In this document: in pieces, positions 35,925 to 44,575 of the stretch
Layout of the letters: each line of letters begins with the position of its first letter
Position numbering within the stretch: the stretch's first letter is position 1
Assembly (NCBI GenBank): GCA_026390675.1
Contig: JAPLFM010000220.1
Span: 8,527-56,029, forward strand
Direction of reading: 5' to 3'
DNA: 47,503 nt
DNA from: Candidatus Kapaibacterium sp.
Lineage (GTDB): Bacteria; Bacteroidota; Ignavibacteria; Kapaibacteriales; UBA2268
The notes under the pieces: model-generated
What the model was told of the DNA's origin: nothing
What the model saw: the letters and a program-made list of their open reading frames with translations, nothing else
Databases searched by the model: none
Position numbers and translations under genes: made by a program

Positions 35925-38900
35925 ATGAAACAAATCTACTTCGTAATTTTATTACTTATATTAAGTTTACAAATTCAAGCCCAACCTTGGATGCAAGCTC
36001 CATATTTGGAAATAAATTCTGCAAAAGATAGTGCAAAGCTAACTAATTTTTACGAGATCCAAAAAGCATTTCAACAATATGAAGCTGAGCAAATTGCAAA
36101 AAATACTTTACCACTTTCTGATGATGAGATAAGTGGAAAGAAGAACATAAAAACTTTCCCCGGATATAAACAATTCAAACGTTGGGAAAATTATATGGAA
36201 GCAAGGGTTTATCCAAGTGGTGATATAACTATTCCGTCTCGTAAATATGAAGAGTTTCAAAAATATTTAAATTCAAAAAACTTTGAAAAAAACTCAAATA
36301 ATGCAATCCAAAAGAAAAGCGATATAACATCCACTTTTTCAGGTAATTGGACTGCTATTGGACCTACAGGGACTACAATACACGGTGATTATGGAGGGAG
36401 TGCAAGAATAAATTTCTTAAGATTTGACCCAACAAATAGTAATATAATGTACATAGGCTCACCAAGTGGTGGACTTTGGAAAACTACAAATGGTGGAGCA
36501 AATTGGACTACCAATACTGATCAACTCGCATTAGTTGGGTGTTCTGATGTTGCTGTTAACCCAAAAAACACAAATATTATGTATTTAGCAACTGGTGATG
36601 GTAATGGCAATGGCTCTCAATTAACTGTTGCTTCAATTGGCGTTCTAAAATCCACAGATGGTGGAAGCAATTGGGGTGGAAATACAATGAATTGGTCAGT
36701 AAGTTCTGGACGATATATGTATAAACTTTTAATTAACCCCGATCATCCAGATACAGTTTTTGTAGCAACAAGTTTAGGACTTTATAGAACAACAAATGCA
36801 GGTACAAATTGGGTTTCAGTTCAAGGTGGAGCTATCTTTACAGATGTTGAATTTAAACCGGGAAATCCCAAAATAGTATATGCAACATCGGGAGTATATT
36901 CAACCGGTACTTTTTATAAATCAACAGATGGTGGAGCAACTTTTTCAATAATTACTTCAGGCTTACCTTTAAGTTCTGCAGTTGCAAGGTTAGAAATTGC
37001 CATAACTCCTGCAGATACAAATTATGTTTATGTTTTGGGAGTGAAAAAAAATACTTGGGATTTTGAAGGCATATATAGATCTACAGATGGTGGTGATAAT
37101 TTTTCAGTAAGAGCTAATACACCAAATATTCTTTTTGGATCACCAAGTTCACAAGCTTGGTACAATATTGCAATTGCTGTTTCACCCATACATAAAGATA
37201 CTTTAATTGTAGGTGGTACTGACTCTTGGAAAAGTGTTGATGGTGGATTAAATTGGAGCAAACATTCAACAAATACTGGTACTGGTGCACCCTATATTCA
37301 TTCTGATTTTCATTCTATCGAATATTTACCTAATTCCGATGATACTTATTTTTGTGGAACAGATGGTGGACTTCATAAAACAACAGACAGAGGTGCTACT
37401 TTTAATTATCTCAACGAAGGATTACAAATTGCTCAGATGTATAAGCTTGGTACTTCAGAACTAAACCCAAATATTATTGTTACAGGTCATCAAGATATGG
37501 GTACTTTTAGATACAATAAAACTAAATGGGAATTATTTACATTAAATACTGGCGATGGAATGGAGTGTGTTTATGAGAGAGATAATGACTCAGTAATTTA
37601 TTTAGCTTCTTATAATGGAAGAGTAATAAAAGCATACAATAATTATCCTTTATTCAATGTTATATGTACAAACAATGGTTCAGGAGTTAATGCTGCAGGT
37701 AGTTGGATAACTCCTATAGTAATGAACCCAAAAGTTCAATCAACTTTATTAATTGGTAAAGCACAGATTTGGAGAACTACAAATAGTGGAACAAGTTTCT
37801 CTCAAGTAGGAGATGTAACTGGTGGATCTACATATATAATTGCTCTTGCTTACGCTCCATCGGATTCTAATTATATTTATGCTGCAAAAAACAACAAAGT
37901 ATTTATTTCTAGTAATGGAAATTCATTCACAGATAGGACTTCAGGATTGCCAGCAAGTAATCAAATTACATCAATTGCAGTTAGTAACTCAGATCCTAAA
38001 AGAGCTTGGATAACATACTCTGGTTATAGTACTGATAAAGTTTGGAAAACAACAGATGCTGGTCTGACTTGGTCAAATAATTCTACAGGTTTACCGAATA
38101 TTCCTGTTAACTGTATAGTATATAATAATAACACCAATAATGAACTCTATGTTGGAACTGATGTGGGAGTTTATAAATTCAATGATACATTAACTTCTTG
38201 GCAAGCATTTTATACTGGCTTGCCAAATGCTGATGTTCAAGAATTAGAAATAGCATCAAGTATAGGTAAAATAAGGGCAGCAACTAATGGTAGAGGCTTG
38301 TGGGAATCTGATTTGATGCTTCAATCTGCCTTGACTTTAAATGTTTCTACAAATTCAATTTCATTACCTGCTATTGCAAGCAATACATTCTCTTTTAATA
38401 TTACTTCAAATACTGCTTGGTCTATAAGTAATATTCCTTCATGGTTTAATTTAAGCTCAACTAGTGGAAATGGTAATTCTAATATAACAATTACTTCTCA
38501 AACTAATATTAGTCTAAACCCAAGGAATGTAGTTCTAACTATTTTAGGGACAGGTGTAACTGCTAAAACAGTTTCAATAAGCCAAGATGGTGCTACTCCA
38601 ACATTGAGTTTATCTACCAATACAATTTCAATTGGTGCTAGTGAAAGTAGCTCAAAATCGTTTGAATTGAGTTCGAATACTAATTGGACTATTACTTCAA
38701 GTCAATCTTGGATAAATTCAAGTAATACAATCGGAAATGGAAGTAGCACTATCACCCTTACTGCTAAAGAAAACACTTCACTTTCAACTAGACAAGCAAA
38801 TATAATTGCTTCTGCAAATGGAGTAAGCTCTCAAACAATTTCTGTAACTCAAGATGGTGCATTACCTATTCTTTCAGTTTCAACAAATTCTTTAACTCTC

Positions 38901-39983
38901 GCTTCAAAAGCTAATAGCACAAAATCTTTTGATATTTTATCTAATACTTCTTGGACAATTTCAAGCAATCAAGCATGGCTTAATACAAATAAAACAAGTG
39001 GACAATTAAATTCAACAATTACTCTAACAGCTCAAGAAAACACCAACCTTTCATCTAGAAGTGCAACTGTAACTATAAGTTCAAACACACTTAGCCAAAT
39101 AGTTTCTGTTACCCAAGATGGAGTTGCACCAAATCTTTCAGTTTCACCAAGTACAATTACATTAGATTGGAAAGATAAAAGTACTGGTATATTTGATGTT
39201 ATTTCTAATACTAGTTGGACAATAACTAATAACAATACTTGGCTATCAATTGATAAAAATAGTGGAAAAGATAATGATAGAATTACTCTTACTGCTCAAG
39301 AAAATTCAACTTCAATTTCAAGAAGTGGATTAATATCTATTTCTTCAGGTACTATAAATAAAACAGTTTTTGTCTTGCAAAATAAATCTGATGATTTAGT
39401 TGATATTGAAATTAGTAAATTCATATTACCACAAAATGGTAATCCAGTTATTTCAACTACCTCTATAAAACCAAAAATTGAAATAAGAAATAATGGTACT
39501 AAAACAATAAAGAGCATTAGAATAAACATTCAATTATTTAAATGTAATGAAAATTCTTTACCTATTTATAATACTAAAGGTGAAGATATCGATAGTATTG
39601 GTATCGGCGTAAACAATACTAAAATATATGAATTTTATAATATACAAAATTTAGAACAAAAAGGAAATTACTATATAAGAGTTCAAATATTTGCAAATGG
39701 AGATCAAATTCCTACTAATGATTCATTATCTTCTAAATGTTTCTTGATTGATACCACGAATTCATCTGTTGAAGACAATATAAACGCCAATATCTCAATT
39801 TACCCTAATCCATCTAATGGAGAAATAAATATAAATAGCGAAACTTTGATTGATAAAATTAAAGTTACAGATATGCTTGGTAAAATAGTATATGAAGCAA
39901 GCCCAAGCAAGAAAAATGAGATAATTAATATAAAAATGCCAGGAGTTTACTTTGTAGAAGTTAGCTCCGAGGGTGAAATTTAA
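35925..39983 (+). CDS. Large secreted protein: BNR/Asp-box beta-propeller region, four BACON-like repeats, a CARDB-like domain and a T9SS C-terminal sorting domain
   Basis: It has a signal peptide and at least nine S/T-x-D/N-x-G-x-x-W/F Asp boxes (TTNGGANW, STDGGSNW, STDGGATF, SVDGGLNW, TTDAGLTW and others). The C-terminus, ISIYPNPSNGEININ...VTDMLGKIVYE...GVYFVEV, matches the Por/T9SS CTD pattern. Confidence 0.85.
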   Translation: MKQIYFVILLLILSLQIQAQPWMQAPYLEINSAKDSAKLTNFYEIQKAFQQYEAEQIAKNTLPLSDDEISGKKNIKTFPGYKQFKRWENYMEARVYPSGDITIPSRKYEEFQKYLNSKNFEKNSNNAIQKKSDITSTFSGNWTAIGPTGTTIHGDYGGSARINFLRFDPTNSNIMYIGSPSGGLWKTTNGGANWTTNTDQLALVGCSDVAVNPKNTNIMYLATGDGNGNGSQLTVASIGVLKSTDGGSNWGGNTMNWSVSSGRYMYKLLINPDHPDTVFVATSLGLYRTTNAGTNWVSVQGGAIFTDVEFKPGNPKIVYATSGVYSTGTFYKSTDGGATFSIITSGLPLSSAVARLEIAITPADTNYVYVLGVKKNTWDFEGIYRSTDGGDNFSVRANTPNILFGSPSSQAWYNIAIAVSPIHKDTLIVGGTDSWKSVDGGLNWSKHSTNTGTGAPYIHSDFHSIEYLPNSDDTYFCGTDGGLHKTTDRGATFNYLNEGLQIAQMYKLGTSELNPNIIVTGHQDMGTFRYNKTKWELFTLNTGDGMECVYERDNDSVIYLASYNGRVIKAYNNYPLFNVICTNNGSGVNAAGSWITPIVMNPKVQSTLLIGKAQIWRTTNSGTSFSQVGDVTGGSTYIIALAYAPSDSNYIYAAKNNKVFISSNGNSFTDRTSGLPASNQITSIAVSNSDPKRAWITYSGYSTDKVWKTTDAGLTWSNNSTGLPNIPVNCIVYNNNTNNELYVGTDVGVYKFNDTLTSWQAFYTGLPNADVQELEIASSIGKIRAATNGRGLWESDLMLQSALTLNVSTNSISLPAIASNTFSFNITSNTAWSISNIPSWFNLSSTSGNGNSNITITSQTNISLNPRNVVLTILGTGVTAKTVSISQDGATPTLSLSTNTISIGASESSSKSFELSSNTNWTITSSQSWINSSNTIGNGSSTITLTAKENTSLSTRQANIIASANGVSSQTISVTQDGALPILSVSTNSLTLASKANSTKSFDILSNTSWTISSNQAWLNTNKTSGQLNSTITLTAQENTNLSSRSATVTISSNTLSQIVSVTQDGVAPNLSVSPSTITLDWKDKSTGIFDVISNTSWTITNNNTWLSIDKNSGKDNDRITLTAQENSTSISRSGLISISSGTINKTVFVLQNKSDDLVDIEISKFILPQNGNPVISTTSIKPKIEIRNNGTKTIKSIRINIQLFKCNENSLPIYNTKGEDIDSIGIGVNNTKIYEFYNIQNLEQKGNYYIRVQIFANGDQIPTNDSLSSKCFLIDTTNSSVEDNINANISIYPNPSNGEININSETLIDKIKVTDMLGKIVYEASPSKKNEIINIKMPGVYFVEVSSEGEI
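38331..39383 (+). repeat. Four tandem ~88-aa BACON-like repeats (coding)
   Basis: The repeated pattern is L(S/N)(V/L)STN(S/T)...F(D/E/N)(I/L)(T/S)SNT(A/N/S)W(S/T)I(S/T)...W(L/I/F)N...G...(I/L)T(I/L)T(A/S)(Q/K)(E/T)N...R...(V/I)(S/F)V(T/S/L)Q(D/N). Confidence 0.8.
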
Positions 39984-40019
39984 ACATACTCAAGCAAGAA
40001 GATAATTGCTTGAGTATGT
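39984..40019. terminator. Perfect 14-bp hairpin between convergent genes (BNR protein and pth)
   Basis: acatactcaagcaa pairs with ttgcttgagtatgt around an 8-nt loop. There is no clear T-run, so its terminator function is uncertain. Confidence 0.45.
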
Positions 40020-40634
40020 CTAAATTGTAATTTTTATAGGAGTAATAGGTTCAAATATTTTCGCTGAATTTATATCTGACATCGCTCTTTGCTTTCCAGA
40101 TTTCATAATATATTCTAATGCTTTTACTCCATCTTTAATCATTTTTTCAAGTTTTTCTTGTTCATTTTCTTCAAATTCACCCAAGACATAATCAACTAAA
40201 CCACCTAAATTAAAGTTTTTATCTATTCCGCATCTTAATTTATAAAAATTCGAATTGTTCAATTCATCCATAATTGATTTTAGTCCATTATGACCACCAT
40301 CACTCCCACCATTTTTGAAATGTAATCTACCAAGCGGGAAATTGTATTCATCTACAATTACAATTACTTCATCTGATTTGCCTTCGTTTTTATTTAAATG
40401 ATTTAGAATTGCTTGCCCACTTAAATTCATAAATGTTGTTGGTTTTATTAACAAAGCAAATTTACCAGCATATTTCCATTCGGTATAAAATGCCTTTCCT
40501 TGTTCTTTTGAAAAATCTAAGTTGTACTTTTTAGCAAGTTCATCAATAATCATAAATCCAATATTATGACGAGTCTTGCAGTATTCACTACCTATATTGC
40601 CTAATCCAGCAATAATATATTCGTATTTGACCAT
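40020..40634 (-). CDS. pth: Peptidyl-tRNA hydrolase
   Basis: It has GLGNIGSEYCKTRHNIGF and GGHNGLKS, and the size fits. Confidence 0.93.
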   Translation of the reverse strand: MVKYEYIIAGLGNIGSEYCKTRHNIGFMIIDELAKKYNLDFSKEQGKAFYTEWKYAGKFALLIKPTTFMNLSGQAILNHLNKNEGKSDEVIVIVDEYNFPLGRLHFKNGGSDGGHNGLKSIMDELNNSNFYKLRCGIDKNFNLGGLVDYVLGEFEENEQEKLEKMIKDGVKALEYIMKSGKQRAMSDINSAKIFEPITPIKITI

Positions 40635-40727
40635 AAAGTTTTTTATTATTGAACCGATAAATTAAAACAAAAATAAGAAAATAAGAAAATACTTTGATAG
40701 TTCTTATTTTATTTAATTAAAATTTAT

Positions 40728-40735
40728 TAAATTTG
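40728..40735 (+). promoter_or_regulatory. Candidate -7 box (TAAATTTG) for infC
   Basis: It matches TAnnTTTG, 38 nt upstream of the first possible start at 40773. Confidence 0.3.
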
Positions 40736-40772
40736 TAAAAATAAATTTATAACATTCTCTAAAGGACATTAA

Positions 40773-41462
40773 TTGAGGCTTATTTTACCTGCTCACTTTA
40801 CTCCCAATCGTGGTATGCCTGTTCGCGAAACTGCTAGAAAGCACAAAATCAATGGTGAAATTAAAGCCAATGAGGTGCGATTAGTTGGACCTGACAATGA
40901 AATGATAGGTGTTGTTTCTAGATTTGATGCTCTTAAGAAAGCTCAAGACTTAGAATTGGACTTAGTTGAGATAGCTCCTCAAGCTGTTCCTCCAGTTTGT
41001 AAAATTATTGATTATGGCAAGTTCGCTTATGAAATTGCTAAAAAAGATAAAGATCAAAAGAAAAATCAAACTCAACAGTTGATGAAAGAGATTCGATTTA
41101 AATGGAGAACAGACACTCACGATTTCAATTTCAAAACACGTCATGCTCGTGAATTCCTTATTGCTGGCAATAAAGTAAAAGGTTCGGTAATGTTTCGTGG
41201 TAGAGAAATTACTCATAAAGAAATTGGTGGAGTGCTTTTAGAAAAGTTTGTAGCCGAATTGCTAGATGTTGCTAAAGTAGATTCTCCTATTAAATTAGAA
41301 GGTAAAAACTTATCGGTAGTTCTTGCTCCAGATAAGGTTAAAAAAGCTAAAGAGACAAAACCTAAAGCAATTCCAAAAGAGAAAAAGGAAGCTAAAGGAA
41401 CTATTTCTGAAGAAGTTGTTTATGATGAATCAAAATCATTAATAATTGAAGATGTAACTTAA
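40773..41462 (+). CDS. infC: Translation initiation factor IF-3 with a K/E-rich C-terminal tail; start codon uncertain
   Basis: It has INGEIKANEVRLVGPDNEMIGVV and the C-domain block KEIRFKWRTDTHDFNFKTRHAREFL...GREITHKE. In-frame candidate starts are TTG 40773, ATT 40782 and ATG 40815. The ATG would give MPVRETARKHKINGEI, a typical IF-3 N-terminus. Confidence 0.9.
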   Translation: MRLILPAHFTPNRGMPVRETARKHKINGEIKANEVRLVGPDNEMIGVVSRFDALKKAQDLELDLVEIAPQAVPPVCKIIDYGKFAYEIAKKDKDQKKNQTQQLMKEIRFKWRTDTHDFNFKTRHAREFLIAGNKVKGSVMFRGREITHKEIGGVLLEKFVAELLDVAKVDSPIKLEGKNLSVVLAPDKVKKAKETKPKAIPKEKKEAKGTISEEVVYDESKSLIIEDVT

Positions 41463-41507
41463 GTAACAGTTGTAGAATAGTAATTCTAAAGAAAATCTTA
41501 AACATTT

Positions 41508-41541
41508 ATCCCCTATTGCTATAGCTTTGGGGATTTTTTTT
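41508..41541 (+). terminator. Possible rho-independent terminator after infC
   Basis: A 6-bp GC-rich stem (atcccc/ggggat) encloses a 15-nt loop and is followed by a run of 8 T. The loop is large, hence the moderate confidence. Confidence 0.4.
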
Positions 41542-41753
41542 ATAAAATGCAATAAAAGCATATTTGGGTTTAATAAAAAGATTATTAAAATAACCTAAAA
41601 TGTTTGAAATAATAGAATTACTTATCGATAAAATAAGAACACTTGGTGTAGTTTAGACGTGAAGGAGTAAAATATGATTTTATTTTCTTTTTGGGTTGAA
41701 TCATTGTATTTGTTAAGTTAAACCTTTGTTATGGAAATAAACTTTCAAAATAA

Positions 41754-42551
41754 TCATCTTGGTGGAATCCAACCAGATCTATTCCATTTTTTTAATTCAA
41801 TATTGACTTTTCCAACATATACATTCATCTTTGCGAGTATCGGAACAGCAGATTCATCATCTGAAAACCAACCCTCAAAATTACCTTTTAAACCATATAA
41901 GCCTTCCCAATCAGCCAGTCCATTAAAGTAAACTGTTCTTATAGGATAATTGATATTTTCAATTTTAACTGTTTCTTTTTTACCCAAAAAATTAATAGTT
42001 GTAAAGCACGTATCTTTATCTATAATTGTAGGTACTTTTATTGTTTTTTTATAATTTAAATACTTTCTTGAAAGATAAAATAAGGAAAAACCATCATTCC
42101 ATTTCTTTTGAGTATTGGCATTGTAATCAAACTCAATTTTCTTGTCTTTATATTTTGTAAATTTATATTTTTGATTTAAATAATCGAAGTTTAAAGTTTG
42201 TTGAGTCCAAGAATTATCAGATATTTTAGTATTTGAAACAAATTTTTGAGAATATGATAGTGAAGGGTCAACCAAACTTTCACATTTTACGCATAGATTG
42301 ATAAAAGGCAATTGGTCATAGGATTTAATTATTGCATTAACTTTGTATGCAAGAACTTCGTTAATTAATTCCTTGTTGGAAATGTTCAGTTTGATTAATC
42401 CAATCTTTGCACCCATGAATGATACTTCATATTCAAGGTATTCTCCATGTTGCATTAGCTTGTCGTTGTTTTCTGGTATTGAAAAAGAATTAGGTGCGAA
42501 AAATAATATTGAAATACATATAATTGCAAATAATAAATTTAATTTAGTCAT
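41754..42551 (-). CDS. Secreted protein of unknown function (DUF3108-like, from memory)
   Basis: It has a signal peptide (LLFAIICISILFFAPNSFS). The GEYLEYEVSFMGAKIGLIKLNI pattern resembles DUF3108. The gene lies downstream of the OlsF-like gene on the same strand. Confidence 0.45.
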   Translation of the reverse strand: MTKLNLLFAIICISILFFAPNSFSIPENNDKLMQHGEYLEYEVSFMGAKIGLIKLNISNKELINEVLAYKVNAIIKSYDQLPFINLCVKCESLVDPSLSYSQKFVSNTKISDNSWTQQTLNFDYLNQKYKFTKYKDKKIEFDYNANTQKKWNDGFSLFYLSRKYLNYKKTIKVPTIIDKDTCFTTINFLGKKETVKIENINYPIRTVYFNGLADWEGLYGLKGNFEGWFSDDESAVPILAKMNVYVGKVNIELKKWNRSGWIPPR

Positions 42552-42641
42552 CTCAAATATAGTCCTTGATTGGAATTTAAAATTATACTAGAAATTCAAG
42601 TTCAATAGTAAAATGTAATAAGTTATGTTAATTTCTGTTTA

Positions 42642-44375
42642 TTAATTTACAGTCATTTCCCTCAAATATCTTTCTTTTTTTGATGTTTCAAGTTTGCTCA
42701 AGTCTAATAAAATTAAACCATCTATTGAATTGGCAAAACTTTCATCTACACCAAAATCAATAAACTCTGTACCACCTTTTTCACAAAGTTCAGTGTAGCT
42801 TCTATAAAGAATTGGCACTGTATAACCTAAATTTTTTAAGGAGTTTTTAAGCACTTTGAAATCTTTATCATAAGAATCTTCAGAAAAAATTTCAACTAAT
42901 TCTGAATGTCTATTTTTTGTAATTATATATGGGTATTTTGCTTTTGTTTGATATGTGGAAGTACCATACCATTTGTTATAATAATAAATTATCAAACTCT
43001 TTGCTTCATCTGAATAAAAATCACTAATGCTTACTGCACCCCACAAATATCTAATATTTTGATTTTCAGAAATATATGCTCCTAAACCTTTCCAAAGCAA
43101 ATCGAGAGCATTAGTTTTCCAATATTTGTGCTGAATGAAACTCCTTCCAAGTTCTATTGAATTTTTCATTATTTCTAAGAATGCATCATCAAAATTGAAT
43201 TGACTTTGATTGTAAATTGCTGATACTCCATTGCTTTTAATAATTTCATCACAGATACCAATTCTATAAGAGCCAATTATATCTAAATTATTATCATCCC
43301 AAAGTACCAAATGTTTATATATTTTGTCATATTTGTCCGAATCGTATCTCTCTCCAGTTCCTTCTCCTACTTTTCTAAAAGTAAACTCTCTAAGCCTTGC
43401 TAATTCTTTCATTAAGTTTTGAGCAGAATCATAGCTCACTAAAAAAATCATTTTATTATCAGAAGTTTTTGATAACAATTGCGAATTAAATAATTCCTGT
43501 CTCAAAACCTTAGTTTCAACTGGATGAATTATTGTTTTTTCTGTCTTAAATATACCATCTTTCTTTTTACCAATATTAAAAGTATGTTTTTTCAATAGTT
43601 TTATCATATAATTTTGATTCACTACTCCCGAACTAAATACTTTAGCTGGAATTGGGTCACCAACTCTAATATGAATCGTTTTTCCTTTTTTATTAAACAT
43701 TTCACTTGGTAAAAGAAACATAGCAAGTTTTTTGCTAATAATAGATGTAAAATAAAATAAAAGTGAGTTTCTACCTTTCACAAACATTGGCAAAATAGGA
43801 GCATTGTATTTACTTGCAAAATACAATGCACTTCGTGACCAATCTTTATCTTTTATTCCTAACCCAGACATTCTAGAAACTTCACCAGCAGGGAATATTA
43901 TAATAGCTTCTTCGTTTTCTAAGCATTTTTTAATTGATTCTAATTGACTACGTTTGGGACCATTTGAGTACATTTCAATAGGAATGAAATTACCTGAAAT
44001 AGCTTCTATATTTGCTAAAATGCCATTTGCTAAGATTTTAACATCTTTACGAACTTCCCCAATTGTTTGTAAAAGAACTAATCCATCAAGCCCACCTAAT
44101 GGATGGTTGCTGACACAGATTAACTTTCCTTCTGCAGGTATGCGTCTTTTGTCTTTGTCAGAGATGGTATATGAGAAATCAAGATATTCTAAAAAGTCTT
44201 CAATCATATCAAGACCACGCCTAGATTGATGAGATTGAATAAACTTAGTCATTTCATTTACATATAATATTTTATGTAATAAAAACGAAATAAATTTACT
44301 TATTGATTTAGGAAGTTTGTCTAAATAAGGTGACAAGCCTTTATCAACTATTTCAGAAAAGTTAGTATTATTCAT
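42642..44375 (-). CDS. Fused O-acyltransferase (PlsC/OlsA-like) and N-acyltransferase (OlsB/GNAT-like): OlsF-like ornithine/amino-lipid synthase
   Basis: The N-terminal half has SNHPLGGLDG and FPAGEVSR, which are lysophospholipid acyltransferase motifs. The C-terminal half has LRQELF...RLREFTFRKVGEGTGERYDSDKYDKIYKHLVLWD...IIGSYRI, which is OlsB/hemolysin-like. The ATG at 44373-44375 (MNNTNF...) is preferred over the TTG at 44408 given in the ORF track. Confidence 0.65.
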   Translation of the reverse strand: MNNTNFSEIVDKGLSPYLDKLPKSISKFISFLLHKILYVNEMTKFIQSHQSRRGLDMIEDFLEYLDFSYTISDKDKRRIPAEGKLICVSNHPLGGLDGLVLLQTIGEVRKDVKILANGILANIEAISGNFIPIEMYSNGPKRSQLESIKKCLENEEAIIIFPAGEVSRMSGLGIKDKDWSRSALYFASKYNAPILPMFVKGRNSLLFYFTSIISKKLAMFLLPSEMFNKKGKTIHIRVGDPIPAKVFSSGVVNQNYMIKLLKKHTFNIGKKKDGIFKTEKTIIHPVETKVLRQELFNSQLLSKTSDNKMIFLVSYDSAQNLMKELARLREFTFRKVGEGTGERYDSDKYDKIYKHLVLWDDNNLDIIGSYRIGICDEIIKSNGVSAIYNQSQFNFDDAFLEIMKNSIELGRSFIQHKYWKTNALDLLWKGLGAYISENQNIRYLWGAVSISDFYSDEAKSLIIYYYNKWYGTSTYQTKAKYPYIITKNRHSELVEIFSEDSYDKDFKVLKNSLKNLGYTVPILYRSYTELCEKGGTEFIDFGVDESFANSIDGLILLDLSKLETSKKERYLREMTVN

Positions 44376-44575
44376 ATATTTATTTATTTGTAATTTCCAA
44401 CAATACAAATTTATGTGATTAGTTTTAGGTTAAAATGAAGTTTGAGTTAAAGTTTGGTGAATTAATAATTATTGAATGTTGTTGAATAAACAAGATAAAT
44501 TATGGGATTAAAATAATAAATAATTAATAAGAATTGTTTTAGATCTACTTATAAAATAAAAAAGAAATCTTTGAT

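Noticed and set aside
38331-39383. Regularly spaced ~264-nt repeats, considered as a possible CRISPR-like or satellite array.
   Set aside because: They are in frame within a continuous ORF and correspond to protein-domain (BACON-like) repeats. There are no short conserved direct repeats with unique spacers.
41661-41721. A strong Shine-Dalgarno-like GAAGGAG, a 6-nt spacer and a 15-codon ORF (MILFSFWVESLYLLS) downstream of infC, where rpmI would normally sit. An 18-codon ORF (MFEIIELLIDKIRTLGVV) lies at 41600-41656.
   Set aside because: Both are too short and lack recognisable similarity to L35 or anything else. Other genes in the window do not use SD sequences, so the GGAG is probably fortuitous.
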